A stretch of DNA of 63,981 nucleotides, the filler included, from Globobulimina sp. (Eukaryota): NCBI GenBank assembly GCA_003354225.1. It is 50 parts of 50 records of this genome, joined end to end, with 100 filler letters (N's around TTAATTAATTAA, not from the genome) between each part and the next. Parts side by side here need not be neighbours in the genome. Positions count along the whole stretch, not along the records: positions 33,339 to 34,520 come from PIVH01021500.1; positions 34,621 to 35,802 come from PIVH01021501.1; positions 35,903 to 37,084 come from PIVH01021502.1; positions 37,185 to 38,366 come from PIVH01021503.1; positions 38,467 to 39,647 come from PIVH01021504.1; positions 39,748 to 40,928 come from PIVH01021505.1; positions 41,029 to 42,209 come from PIVH01021506.1; positions 42,310 to 43,490 come from PIVH01021507.1; 42 more parts are not named here. One strand, 5' to 3'. This document shows, one piece after another, positions 33,385 to 46,294 of this stretch; the stretch's first letter is position 1; every line of letters starts with the position of its first letter. The notes under the pieces are model-generated. The model made no database searches. It worked only from the letters and a program-made list of their open reading frames with translations, and was not told where the DNA came from. A program made the position numbers and the translations under genes.

Positions 33385-34372
33385 CATTCACATTATTTTA
33401 CAATACATAACATTTTGAATTCGTATCCGGATCCATACAATCTTGAATAATTAACTGTCCTTTGTTTGACAAACCAATCGGGTGCAAATTATCAATACCC
33501 AAATAAATATCTAAATGCATGCACTAAAAATGATATAATATATGTATATTCGCCATATTTGCTATATTTTTAGGCAATGGATATCTGAATGCATGATTAC
33601 TATTATTTGCATAAAAATTATTGATATCTCGCATAGTAAATCTTGAGGGAACAATAATATTTTGTGTCATTGATCTCTGTTCGTGTTTGTTGCTGTTCAT
33701 TGTGAAATATTCAAACAACTTTAAACAATGTTTAATACGCTTTGATCCACACATTTTATTTAAATTATTAAACTCATTCGCACTCTCAAAATTTTCTTAT
33801 TTATTATATTTAACATTGATAACCATTGTCCATTGAGCATAATACTGTTGTTTTAATTGTTTGCTGTGTTTATCTCTCCCATTGTGCACTTTTTTGAGTT
33901 GCTCAATCTTTAGTTTTACTGTACATGTCACACACAAACAAATGCCAAGGATATAACAAATATAGTACATAACATACATGATGTAAATTTGATATTGTTT
34001 GTTGTGTTTGTTTTAGTTTTAATGTAATATCGTTATGTTTTTTGATATATTGTATTTTATCATTGATATTTTTTTTATTTTGATACGTCGATTATTGATA
34101 TTATGATTACAGCATTTTGTACAAACAAATTGAGAGTCTTCATTTGGATTTATGGTTAATGATATTCTACGACATAAGGGACAAATGGATGTGTCAATCG
34201 TTTGTAGCTTTATTTGTGTTTTCCTGTTTGGCGCATTATACATTGCATTTGCGCGCGTACGAAGTGATTTTAATTCTCTCTGACAATTTATTTCTTTTAT
34301 AATCTCATTTATATTACATTTATTATCATCTTTTGCAATCAATGTCCATTCCAACAAGTCCATGTTCAGCAA
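33385..34372 (-). pseudogene. Fragmented coding-like sequence with a CxxC...CxxC motif
   Basis: Several co-oriented ORF pieces separated by stops and intron-like gaps; CPLC..CTKC. Confidence 0.25.
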
Positions 34373-34621
34373 AATGTAGATGTGAAAAAACTTTAACTAC
34401 CACCACCACATTAAACATCAACATCTCAATGACACCATGCTGGCACTTACTTGCGTATTTCCGGTAGTGTCAGTTTCAACACCATCGAATGTATTGAATG
34501 AATTATTGAATGGATTATTGNNNNNNNNNNNNNNNNNNNNNNNNNNNNNNNNNNNNNNNNNNNNTTAATTAATTAANNNNNNNNNNNNNNNNNNNNNNNN
34601 NNNNNNNNNNNNNNNNNNNNT

Positions 34622-34972
34622 AAGCCAGTCGCTCAGAAACAGCTTGGGGGAAAAATTGAGAGTTTTAATCAAAAACAGTGGGATACACATAAAAAACAGA
34701 TTATTTACAATGGGAACTATGCTAAATTCACACAAAATAAAAAATTGAAACAAAAATTATTGTTATGTGGAGGTAGAACCTTTGCAGAGGCTTCAAAATC
34801 GGATAGGATATGGGGCATTGGTATTGGTGTTATGGATGAGAGAGCAAATAATAAACGCAACTGGAGAGGACAGAATCTGTTAGGATATGCTATCACAAAT
34901 GTAAGGGATCAATTGCTAATGGAGCAACAACAGGGACTCAATGAAAATAAAAATGATAATCATAATAAATAA
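34622..34972 (+). CDS. NADAR (YbiA-like) domain, C-terminal part
   Basis: QKQLG.KI..F...W...GNYAKFTQN..LK..LL...AEAS..DRIWGIG...WRGQNLLG. Confidence 0.92.
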   Translation, partial: KPVAQKQLGGKIESFNQKQWDTHKKQIIYNGNYAKFTQNKKLKQKLLLCGGRTFAEASKSDRIWGIGIGVMDERANNKRNWRGQNLLGYAITNVRDQLLMEQQQGLNENKNDNHNK

Positions 34973-35212
34973 TGTTGTGCTAATTTAAAGCACCGCACGG
35001 TCGGGATTCATGTATCAATAATTCTGTCATGCGATATTTTGTGAAATGCAACAATTTGACAGTGCTCGACTAGAAAATCTTTTTTTTGTGCTGCGTATGT
35101 TTGTAGTTGCAATTTGTGATTAATATTAATACAAAAAAAAAGAAGCTGGACAGCATTTCAACACTAAAACAGACACTATAAACACAAGAATTTATTGTTT
35201 TTGGTGCTTTTT

Positions 35213-35726
35213 CTATTCTTTAATGACTCGCCTCATCCGAGCAAGTGCTTGTTTTCGATTATGATGCTTTTGGTATTCCTCAAAGATTCGCTTCATTTTA
35301 GCAAGTGATTGTTTCGTAGGTACATGCTGATAATACGGCGGTTTTGACCTTATAAATGGCGGGAAATGATGCACCTGACTTTCCCGAACATAATGATGTA
35401 ATGGAAGGCGCTCAACGACATAGTCGTGAAGCACTGGTTGATGCGCCACTATGTTATGAATAGAAGGCCGACGTTCCACCCATTGATGAATGATAGGTCT
35501 TCTTTTTTGAACATAATCGTGGTATATAGCTTGTCCTTTTTTTATTAAATGATGAACTTTTGAATGTGGAATGACTGATGAATCGGCATATTCATGTTCT
35601 ACAAATGGCTGTGACAATACATAGTGATTATGTGTGATCAAAATAAAGCATAACCATAATAAGACCTGACATGTAATGTTTGGACATATAAAGAGGTGTA
35701 GAAGATTTGAGGCAATTACGTACCAT
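35213..35726 (-). CDS. Secreted His/Val/Pro/Tyr-rich protein with ~10-aa repeats; exon 1 is only the ATG, intron 35666-35723
   Basis: ATG|GTACGT...CAG|GTC gives signal peptide MVLLWLCFILIT..; repeats IYHDYVQKRR-PIIHQWVERR-PSIHNIVAHQ-PVLHDYVVER-LPLHHYVRES. Confidence 0.7.
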
Positions 35727-35902
35727 GGTGCACTTAATTGGTATTCCAATCAATTTGAAAAGTATATAACACGTAAAAATATTCCTAATTTATATGATTT
35801 AANNNNNNNNNNNNNNNNNNNNNNNNNNNNNNNNNNNNNNNNNNNNTTAATTAATTAANNNNNNNNNNNNNNNNNNNNNNNNNNNNNNNNNNNNNNNNNN
35901 NN

Positions 35903-37084
35903 ATTTTAGCGGTTTCAGATGAAGGAAGATACGAATGTAAGGTGAAGGAGATTAAACTTGAAGATACGCCAATGTTACAATGTAATAAATATGAGTTTGA
36001 ATCATGTAATGTATCCGCAGTGAGTTTAGAATATTTTTGGAACATCACAACCTTTAACAATAATGACCAGGTAAAAGCTGCATTTACCATTGCACCAAAT
36101 AGCGGCAGTATCGCGCCCAAAGCAAAGCAACTATTTGTTGTCTTATTTAGTCCCAAAACACCTGGACAATATCAATGCGAATTGCAGTCAACAATAACTC
36201 CATTAAATCCACAACAATCGGCATCGCCATTGATAATACCAATAATTTGTAAGTCAACCCGACCGATTTGTCATTTTGAATTTGCTGATTTCGCATATTC
36301 AGAATATATCACCTCTGGGATTCGTAAGCCATCCGTGGTTGGCCCAAATGGTAAAATTGGAGAATCACTGCCGCCAAACATTCGTGTATTGCAAAGTAAA
36401 TCATTGGGCATTCAAGTTCGAAATAAATTACGTTTTATTGTATTAAATACATTGGATCAAAGCTATAATTTTGAGTGGAAACCGCAGAGAGTACCAAATT
36501 GTTTCCGCTGTTTAACGCTTTCTGGCGAGATATTGCCGGGCAATAAATATACGATGATATTTGAATATAAACCCAAAAAATCGGAAATAATGGAATCATT
36601 TTGGGAGTTTCATATTGATTCGCATCAATATATTGTACCATTTTTGATTGTTGGCAGTGTATTCGAACCCGATGTACGTTTAAGTCATAGTAATATTAAG
36701 TTTTTACCTCAATTGGTTGGTACCTCCTCGCTGCAAATTGTTCATATTGAAAATACAGAAAATACATCATTTGAATGGTGGATTGATAGAAATGCATTTT
36801 TAAAATCTATTGCAAAATATCGATTGTCAACGGATAACAATGAAACAGATAAATATAATAATACTGGAATGGTAATACATAAGTCAACATCTGCTGGAAT
36901 GCCATTAATTATATCCACATTTAGTGGCACCATTGAAGCAAATTCATCATTTAATATTGAATTAACATTTAAGCCATTACGCGAATTACAGTATAATTTT
37001 AATATTACATTTCATGTCAAGAATAAGCCAGGAATTACAATGTTAAATGTCAAAGGCGAAGGATTTATGATTCATCCAGAAATT
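35903..37084 (+). CDS. HYDIN: Hydin (axonemal central-pair protein), internal fragment
   Basis: Tandem ASH/Ig-like domains: FTIAP.SG.I.P, CHFE...YITSG.R, FRCLT.SG.I.PG, ESFWEF.I, PFL.VG...EP, LNVKGEG. Confidence 0.85.
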
Positions 37085-37184
37085 NNNNNNNNNNNNNNNN
37101 NNNNNNNNNNNNNNNNNNNNNNNNNNNNTTAATTAATTAANNNNNNNNNNNNNNNNNNNNNNNNNNNNNNNNNNNNNNNNNNNN

Positions 37185-37660
37185 GCTTTGCGATTCATGT
37201 GAATAAACGGTATCGTTTGGAAGATGGCAGAGTGGGTATTTGTAAATATCGGGGACGTACAGAGTTTGGCAAATCGAGTGAAGATTGGATAGGTTTGGTG
37301 CTCGAAGTGGGTGAAGGTGAGCATGATGGCAATGTTCAGGGAAAAAGTTACTTTCGTTGCAGAATGGGAAAGGGAATACTTGTACGGCCATACGATATTA
37401 TTCAAGAGATGGGCTCTCAAAATAGAATGATGAGTAAAGAGGATGTTAAGTTGGCAAAGGCGCATATAAAGAGATATAAAGAGATGAAACAGGGCACGAC
37501 GACATCGGCAGATGTGATCGAGAAAGATGCGGAAGGGAATGCTATTAATCCTGATCATGGCTATGATATGATGCAGGAGAAATTTTATAATCCCAAGAGT
37601 TTGTTGGATAAAAATAAAGGTAAGAAAGCTGCCAAAAAAAAGCATCATACTCAGGTTTAG
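37185..37660 (+). CDS. CAP-Gly domain protein, C-terminus
   Basis: G..KY.G.TEF....WIGL.L...GEHDG.VQG.SYF.C..G.G.LVRP. Confidence 0.88.
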
Positions 37661-38466
37661 TTGTAGTGATTTATGGAATGGTGCGTGGATGTTTTTGTTG
37701 TACAGTTTGTTTGTTTTTTTTATATGGATTGTTTATAGTATTATTATTACACGCGTTCATAACATAGTTGTTTATTCTTGTTTTATTTTATGTTATTGGT
37801 ATGTTTATAGTCTTTAATTTTTTGCTGATTTTTAAAAGTTTCCAACTGCAGTCACACACGATAAGTTGTATACATTTGATTCAATTATCTGAGAAACGCT
37901 TTGCAAATCCAGAAACTGTTTTCTATAACTTTGACTTGGGTTTGCAAATCCAGAACAAAGTCAGCACAAATACAAAGGGGCTACTTTTAATTTTTGTGAT
38001 CGGACTTCAACTTTTGGAGTTAATCGCTAAACACAATAAATTAGCTCAATAGTTGTGTCTGCAGTGTGTGTTTGTAGTGTTTGGGATAAAAGATTGGCAA
38101 ACAGATCCAACAAAAACATACAATCTGCTCAAAAATTGGTCAATTCGAAATTAATGGTAGTATTTATACAGTGCTTCATCAGACACAAAGTTTATGGGAA
38201 TTCAAATATAATGTGATCGGATTCCAAGATTATGAAACTATGATTAAATAAATATAGAAAAATAACAAAGCAAAGCAATGGAATATCAAATTCGTTTTAT
38301 GTCGACCCGAATTAACTTTGTATAATCATTGATATGCAAATGATTTGATTTATGAATGTTGATAATNNNNNNNNNNNNNNNNNNNNNNNNNNNNNNNNNN
38401 NNNNNNNNNNTTAATTAATTAANNNNNNNNNNNNNNNNNNNNNNNNNNNNNNNNNNNNNNNNNNNN

Positions 38467-38869
38467 TCATAGATCGCTTATTTGCATCATTCAAATCAAT
38501 AATATCTACATATTCACGTATATCACTTTTGATATACACAACATTTTTCAAATGTATGTCATATAACGGAATATCATTAATTGTACAAAAATAACCGTCA
38601 ATAACTGGTGGCAGCAGATCTAATTTATAATGAATACAAACTTCCTGCAATGCAATGACTGTGGGTTCTAATTCATCAATGACAGATTGCAAAGTTACCA
38701 ATTTTTTATTATTAATCTGACCTGAATCTGTCTGCAATAATCCATGTACATTAAAAGAAATAAATGACAGTGAGTTGTTATAATAATTATAATCAATATG
38801 ATCCAATATGTTGTCGCTATCAATTATATGAGGCAGCACAGCCTTGTTTCGTTCATTCAAAGTCATCAT
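38467..38869 (-). mobile_element. Non-LTR retrotransposon APE-type endonuclease N-terminus
   Basis: SFISFNVHGL...K...L......PTVIALQEV, VVYIK. Confidence 0.7.
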
Positions 38870-39864
38870 TGAGACAGCTAGAGATCACATAAAATAATCA
38901 TATAAATGATAGCATAATACCATGGAATATCAAAATAAATAGAGATAAATCGTAGATAAATTGTGGGTACATCACAAATTAAAATAACAATCACAAAATT
39001 AAAAATAAAGTATATCATTAAAATTAATTTAATATGGCACCGATTTTTGATTGATTGAAATGCAAAGAATTTTGATGAATATTCAAATAAAAAGATCCCA
39101 AAACCAGATGCAAATAACAAAAAACAAGAATTATATTGGCATGAGATATAAAGGGAAAAAAGAAAATTTATAAATAAGGAAAGTAGAAATAAAAAATCAG
39201 AAATAAAGTAATTCATAAAAAAGAAATTTAAAACTAAGAAAAAGACATAAAAATTACGAAGAAAATAATAATAATTGAAACTATGAAAAGCAAAAAGTTG
39301 AAAAACCAAACAAATAATAATTAGAGTATCAATTATAGAAAAAAGAAAATCAATAACACCAAACAAATGATTATAGGATAAAAAGAAAACAGTGTTAAGA
39401 ATACAAAGTAATATACACACTATCAACCATAAAAAATGAATATGGTCATATATTACAAAGATCACATCAAAAATCATGAAAAGGTGTTATGATTTTGATT
39501 ATGTTGCTTTTGCTGATATTTCTGGTGCTTATCATGGATTCGCTGGCTGCGTCTTAACTTTCTAGTATCATCGGACGCTTTTTTCCAGCTACGAGTAATA
39601 TTTTGTGTATCTTGGAAGTGCCGTTTAGGTCTTTGTGTATACGCCAANNNNNNNNNNNNNNNNNNNNNNNNNNNNNNNNNNNNNNNNNNNNTTAATTAAT
39701 TAANNNNNNNNNNNNNNNNNNNNNNNNNNNNNNNNNNNNNNNNNNNNTATTATTGAGAAAAAACAAAATAAAAATGCCGTCGAATGGCTGAAATGGCTGA
39801 AATGTTGATTCATATCCATTTAAATGACGGATACAGTCAACAGAGCATATAAAAGCACATATAA

Positions 39865-40656
39865 CTAAACGTAATGAATAGTCCCCACAAATTCAGAATA
39901 ACTTTGTTCATTTTGAATAATTTTACTGTCGCCAAAATCAATTATTTGCAGCACGCCGTCCATTCCCACTTTATCAAACACCATATTTTGTGCCTTAATA
40001 TCACGATGAACAACATTTAAATCATGCATATAATTGACAGCAGATAAGATGGTAGAAATATATTTGGATGCTTTTCGTTCAGAAAAGGTATTCATTTTAA
40101 GAATCTTATCCAACATTGTTCCACCACAACAAAACTCAGTCGCGATGTAATAGCATTCATCATCAATATAACAGTCATAATAGCGTAGTATGTTTGGATG
40201 GTGTAACTTTCGCAGCAGTTTGACCTCTTCATTGAATAATCGAGCATTGATTTCATGCTTTTTGCTTAATTCCTTGACTGCGTAGAGTTTATTGTTTTGA
40301 ATATGGCGCGATTTTAATACCCGACAACTGGCGCCGGTGCCTAATTGTTTCATGTATTCAAAGGTGGTGCGAATGTCCTTTATTATGTTAGCTTTTGGTA
40401 GGGATTGATGATCCTTTTTTTGTTCTATATCTTTATATTTATCTTCATAATGCTGTGCTACTTCATCTTCAACACTGTCAATGAAAGCATCAAATTCTGG
40501 GGTTTTATATCGTTTTAATGTATCTGTTACAATTCTGGCAAATTGTGCGTGTGCTTCTTTTGTTGATATTTTTGGTGACAGTGTGTTATTATAATCACAA
40601 GACTTAAATCCAGGCCCTTGAAAAACTGGTCCTGTCGTTGAAGATCCATTTCCCAT
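39865..40656 (-). CDS. CAMK/CDPK-like Ser/Thr kinase, exon 1, with possible N-myristoylation
   Basis: MGNGSS; LGTGASCRV, AVKE, HRDIKAQN, DFG, FVGTIHY followed by a GT donor. Confidence 0.9.
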   Translation of the reverse strand: MGNGSSTTGPVFQGPGFKSCDYNNTLSPKISTKEAHAQFARIVTDTLKRYKTPEFDAFIDSVEDEVAQHYEDKYKDIEQKKDHQSLPKANIIKDIRTTFEYMKQLGTGASCRVLKSRHIQNNKLYAVKELSKKHEINARLFNEEVKLLRKLHHPNILRYYDCYIDDECYYIATEFCCGGTMLDKILKMNTFSERKASKYISTILSAVNYMHDLNVVHRDIKAQNMVFDKVGMDGVLQIIDFGDSKIIQNEQSYSEFVGTIHYV

Positions 40657-41028
40657 TGTCTCAAGTCAACTGTTTTATGATTAACTTGTTTGAACACTTT
40701 GGGATTTGGCATTTGAAACTACAATTTTGGTCTTTTATATTTTCAACCAAACTTGAACTCATATTGTTATGTGATTTTCTTGAAAACAGTTTTTGTGAAA
40801 GTATACAAATGTGCAAGGATATATACAAAAATATTTCGCAACTGAAGCAAAATGAAATAAAACTAAAATTAAATGATTAATTACAAACACATTGACAACA
40901 AAATATAAAATATATATATATATATATANNNNNNNNNNNNNNNNNNNNNNNNNNNNNNNNNNNNNNNNNNNNTTAATTAATTAANNNNNNNNNNNNNNNN
41001 NNNNNNNNNNNNNNNNNNNNNNNNNNNN

Positions 41029-41983
41029 TGGTGGCTCCGTTTGTGTATCAATTGTACTGCAAATATAATATGTTTCTTAATCGGTGATAGTTTCGGGGAA
41101 CAACATATGTGCACCGCCTTTTTTATAATGATTTCCACTAAAAACAGTTTTTTCACTTTTTCATCAACAAAAAAACTTCCTCTTCACATTCTTTTTTGCC
41201 ACATCCTCATGCACTCCGACACAAACGTTAGACACAAATTATTTAGGAGTGTTTGAATCATCGATGAAATCATCAGTGATGGAGGAAGAGGGAGAAAAAG
41301 AACATTGTATCTCTTTAAATGCAGGTGGCGAATATCATCCGTTTGCACAAACACAACCATATGATTCTGATAAGGATTCAATGTCAGATGAGATGTATCA
41401 GTAATTACCGTGTTGAGAATGATATGGACCGTACATTCGAACAAAAAGATGACACTCGATATTATACCATAATAAAAAAATTAAATACAATTGAAAAACA
41501 AACAAATGGATTAAAAGGAAAAATCTATGCTTCAGACTGCGATCAAATTATACAATCAAGAAATAAGAGAACAAGACTGTGTCTCTCGATAATTGTAGTG
41601 GTTACGCTGTATTTATTTGCATTTATAATAGCATTCCATGACAAATTAATTGGGAATGCTTATACATTATCCATCAAGTTATTATTGGTGGCTGTGAGAA
41701 CATTTTAAATTACTTCATGTGTATTGTTTTTTTATATTTTATATAAAAATATAAAAATAAAATAAAACATGGAAAATGGTATTACGGTGAACTGAGACAA
41801 AAATAGCCATGTATGATTTATTCAGCATTCACAGTCCCAGCTGGCTTGTTATTGGGGATAGAATATGTCGGATACATTTGAAATGATCATATTTATTGTG
41901 TTTCGTGGTCACGGTTATGTGCAATTTATTGTTGAGGAAATGCGTCTTAAAATGAGTGAAATGTATGGCGATGGTCATGTGTA
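41029..41983 (+). pseudogene. Decayed multi-pass membrane protein gene
   Basis: Hydrophobic segments spread across frames with several stops. Confidence 0.3.
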
Positions 41984-42469
41984 AAGGGTTAAACATGAAT
42001 TCATATATATCATGATCTTTTTTTTCCTTTTATTTTTTATTTTTCATATACTATGATACTAGTGTTTAATTAATTTGTTTGTGTGTAATAACTGTGTGTA
42101 TTATTCCGTTACTTTTCCTAATTTACAATTACAATATCCCACATGACACGTGTTGCGCACAATGTTGCCATTTTGTAAAGTGTTGTTCAAGGTTTTTGTA
42201 AAGCGGTCTNNNNNNNNNNNNNNNNNNNNNNNNNNNNNNNNNNNNNNNNNNNNTTAATTAATTAANNNNNNNNNNNNNNNNNNNNNNNNNNNNNNNNNNN
42301 NNNNNNNNNTACACTCTGGGGCACAGACGGGTGTTGTGTGTGTGACACTGTGTGTGTATTGATTTGTTGTCACAGCAACAACAGTGTGTGTTGTGTGTGT
42401 GTGTATAATACACTGTGGGTGTGTGACTACACAAATTTGGGCAGCGGCTTCAGCTTCCAACTTGATGGG

Positions 42470-42846
42470 TTTGTAGACCAAGATTGCTGAACTCCACACA
42501 TTTGTGCCACCCAATCAATAGATCTCATTTTATTTCTTATCGTGGGGTATACATTTGGCTTTTTTCTAATAAAGCAACAATTTATTATATAAATTTGCAA
42601 TATTGCATCATTTATAGGAAAATCCCAGACCCAGTTATCCGGGATTTTTAATCTCCTCATAGTTCTCCAAAACTCCATAAAGTTATCTTGGTACGTTCCT
42701 TCTGAGGTCATTTTAATCCCTCCCGTCAATGTCGCAAATAATATATCTCGGTATATTGGCCCAACTAAATCAAATAACGGGCTTCCAAACTTGCTTCGTC
42801 TAACTGTGTAGTTTCGTTTTTTGTTTTTGTTTATTTTAGTAAGCAA
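42470..42846 (-). mobile_element. N-terminal (core-binding) part of the Ngaro/DIRS tyrosine recombinase, interrupted near 42470
   Basis: SEGTY...F..FW...FPI....L..YI.....YPTIRNKM.SI; sits directly downstream of the RNase H; followed by unrelated CA-rich sequence. Confidence 0.65.
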
Positions 42847-42999
42847 ACCTTAGTTCGGCCCCCTAAGTGGCTTGCGAAGAATGGCACCCTTCGTTTGGCA
42901 AACAGTTTATATGTAAATATGTCTTTTATTAGACAGCCATATTAGCACACAGTCAAAATCTATATCAGTCACTGCTAATATCATTTATTTTAATACAAA

Positions 43000-43490
43000 T
43001 CACCATTTATGGACATCTGGTAATTTAAAATTATCTGAGAATGATTTTAATTGCCACTGTTGCTTCCTACAAATATTCGTCGCTCTCCTTTTAAAATCAT
43101 ACATATCATATCTCGACAATGCATCCGGTAATTTATTTATTTTTGTATTAACATAACTAATATATATTTGCATTTGTTTAATCACAGCAAACATACAGAT
43201 CCACCGCAGACTCGATTGCAGGAACTCATCCCTCGCATTTTTATTATGCAGCACTGATTCACAGTATTTATTATCCGTAATTAGCATCAATTTTGTTTTT
43301 GGTTTAAACAAATGTTTAAACGTTTCCAATCCAACAATAATTGCAATCATTTCAAAATGTGCTATGGCATATTCTATCTCATACTGCTCTCTGTATGTTT
43401 TAAATACATTTGTATACTTTTTAGGTACCGGCGTCGACACAAAATTGCCTTTATACCAGACGCCAATCCCTGGACACCAGCAATTTTTAC
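43000..43490 (-). mobile_element. RNase H of an Ngaro/DIRS-like retrotransposon
   Basis: PGIGVWYKG, IAHFEMIA, TDN, NKLPDALSR; visibly homologous to the RNase H in 5268-6315. Confidence 0.88.
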
Positions 43491-43590
43491 NNNNNNNNNN
43501 NNNNNNNNNNNNNNNNNNNNNNNNNNNNNNNNNNTTAATTAATTAANNNNNNNNNNNNNNNNNNNNNNNNNNNNNNNNNNNNNNNNNNNN

Positions 43591-44392
43591 CTCAAAGGCA
43601 TCAATTATCTCAGATCGTGATCCTCGACAAATGATTGAATGTCGCAATGGTATTTGCAAATATCTTGATAGCAATGTGCATAAATGAGCAATATATCCCA
43701 ATCCAATGGCCATTTTCTCCTCTTCCTGACCTCCACCATTTGCAATTGTTAATAATTTATCGATGCGCGCGGCCAATGGCATTGTACGGATCTCATAATT
43801 GGTAGTATCTGTGCAACAGTGCAAGGATATATATATATAATATATACAAAAACAAAAACAAAAACATACATAGATTATTATTAGAAGTGGATGCATTTCG
43901 AACCCGTCTAAATGGGAATATGTGCAATAACTGTCTGCACATTTTGTGTTGTCGCAGTTTTAATTTCCTATCAAAGGTTTGTAAATGATGTCTATCGGCG
44001 TGGTATGAATCTATTGCATCAATCACTTTTTTATTTGATATCTTATTATATGCAATACAGGATTTTATCACATCGCATGCCGACAACAATGCCTCTTTAC
44101 GTTTTTTAATTACTTTTCTTTCTTCTTCTAACAATGCTTCTTGTCGAATTAGTAAGTTTCTCAAATGAGTTAACCGTGGATATATTTGTAATGATAACTC
44201 CCTTTTTTGCATTATTGCACGTGATCGTTTCCGTAATATTTGGACCTCTAAATTCAATTCCTCAGTCTTACATCGTTTGAACGTCTTTTTATAATATTGT
44301 AACATTAGTTTATATGGTGATGTTGTATGGATTGGTATTGTTATTTTTGTTGATCTTCTCTTACTATGACCCTTCTTCTGTTTAGACGACAT
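43591..44392 (-). CDS. UVRAG/ATG14 (Vps38)-like protein; intron 43809-43869; 3' truncated
   Basis: Coiled coil, QLLHIFP, AIGLGYIAHLC.LLS.YLQIPLR..I...GSRS.I.D. Confidence 0.85.
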
Positions 44393-44496
44393 GGTTCAAC
44401 ACTTAATTCCTTAACATTTACAATCACTTACTTACTTACTTAAAAATAAATTTGTACAGTCAAAAAAAAGGACTATATGCGATGTAATCATGTAAT

Positions 44497-44770
44497 CTAT
44501 GTATTTGACATTGGAAATTGATCAAACATGAAGCCAATAAGCTTAATTGCGACGTCCCTTAATTTATCAATCTGCTCTTTGGTTACAAAGCCTCTGTCTC
44601 TTAATGAATTTTCAAAATCAGTTATTATCCGATTATTCTCTGAATGTACGTCTTCTTCCTTCCTCAAATGTGTTAAATCATCAATTAATAATAAACAATC
44701 CTGAACTTCTCCATTTGATTTGTCATAGCCTTTCTCGTTAAGATTTGCTGGTGTTTCTCTTTCTGTTTTT
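44497..44770 (-). CDS. C-terminus of a hypothetical protein
   Basis: Open ~90-codon frame from the contig edge to TAG, ~100 bp upstream of the UVRAG-like start. Confidence 0.4.
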
Positions 44771-44871
44771 TNNNNNNNNNNNNNNNNNNNNNNNNNNNNN
44801 NNNNNNNNNNNNNNNTTAATTAATTAANNNNNNNNNNNNNNNNNNNNNNNNNNNNNNNNNNNNNNNNNNNN

Positions 44872-45977
44872 CGCTGCTGGAAACGCATTGTGTGTGGATA
44901 CATATTCTTGTAATGCCAAATAAAACAAATGTTGCTCATAAGGGTCTTTTCCAAAATCTGTTTGCAGTATCTTTGGAACGTCGGGATACGCCGGTACTAA
45001 TTCCTGCTTTTTCATGCATATTATTTCTGATAAGGTGTGAAATGACAATTTTGCACCTTGCTTGACCTGAAAAAATAAACCATTGCCAGTGTAGTCAGCG
45101 CACGAAGAAGTATCGCCAATTTCAAATGCAAATGGGGTGGTTACATGGATGGGCATTGGCGGCAATGTGTTCAATGTGTGCATGCCTTCGATTTCCTCAA
45201 AACGCACAAAATCGCCGTCGGATAAGCCATGACGAGAGTCCTCATGTACTTGAACCACGCCCTTTGCAGCCTGTTGATATAAAAAGCATGTTGATATTGA
45301 GAAAAAAGAAGTGATTCAAACTAAACTTTGGAAACATTAATGACCATTCCTTGCATTGGTGGCTCGCCCGTTAAATCTGTGCATTCAAACTCGTTTGCAA
45401 AATCAACGAAAACTTGTCCAAATACACCGCAGGTATCACAGGAAATAAATTTTAAGTTCAAGTCATGCGCGATTTTGTTATATTTTATGCAGACTCGTAA
45501 GGGATAATTGACTAAGACGATAACATCGTAGTTTTTGGATTGGATTAATGTTTGTAAGTCAGTGTTGGTGTTGATACAATCGACCTGGACGTAGGGATTG
45601 AGTGATTTTAATTGGTCAATGCAACATTGTGCACGAGTTTGTTTGCCGACTGCTTGTGGAGTTAAATAAAAATTTGATGATAAATCATTAATTTTAATAA
45701 CGGTGTTATCTAAAATTGTGACTGATTTAACCCCCGCTAATATGGTGTTTTTCGCAATTTCCACCCCTAAGCCATTCATTCCTGCAATCAATACGCTTGA
45801 TTGTTGCATTTTTTTCATGGATTCATGATCGATTACGTATAACTGTCAAATGGTGGGCATAATTTGTAAATAGATAGTGTGTTAAAAATGTCATACTTGT
45901 CGGGAATATAATGCTTCATCTACTTTGCTGTCATCTTCGTTGAGTTTTTCCTCAGAATCGACATCCATTGCTGCCAT
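44872..45977 (-). CDS. UBA1: Ubiquitin-activating enzyme E1; introns 45843-45896 and 45271-45326; 3' truncated
   Basis: DEALYSRQ/LYV, GMNGLGVEIAKN.ILAGVKSVT, DLSSNFYL, LNPYV, RHGL.DGDFV.F.E..GM. Confidence 0.95.
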
Positions 45978-46152
45978 TTGTGAGCTATTACTAAAAAGTA
46001 ATGCGTCTATGCTTTGCTAAAGTTGAGTGAATTGTTGGTGTTTTTGTTTAAANNNNNNNNNNNNNNNNNNNNNNNNNNNNNNNNNNNNNNNNNNNNTTAA
46101 TTAATTAANNNNNNNNNNNNNNNNNNNNNNNNNNNNNNNNNNNNNNNNNNNN

Positions 46153-46290
46153 GGTCGAAGCCAGAATGCCGCAGAAACACTGGCGATCGTGATCACAGAT
46201 GCGTCAGGCAGCAGCGCGGTCATAGAGAATGCAGACGCAGTCCAGTCCAGCTCGTGGACGGAGTGGGTCATTGCATTGAGTGACATCGAC
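46153..46290 (+). other. GC-rich bacterial-like coding fragment (Planctomycetota-type carbohydrate-binding module) fused to eukaryotic DNA
   Basis: GRSQNAAETLAIVITDASGSSAVIENADAVQSSSWTEWVIALSD; abrupt GC drop after 46290. Confidence 0.55.
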
Positions 46291-46294
46291 GATA

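Noticed and set aside
37133-37648. Antisense ORFs opposite well-supported genes (also 360-605, 19719-20060, 22601-22927, 47963-48214)
   Set aside because: Shadow frames of real genes with no independent evidence
38878-39477. 199-aa Phe/Leu/Ile-rich membrane protein ORF
   Set aside because: Translation of a T-rich low-complexity strand upstream of the LINE endonuclease; no motif
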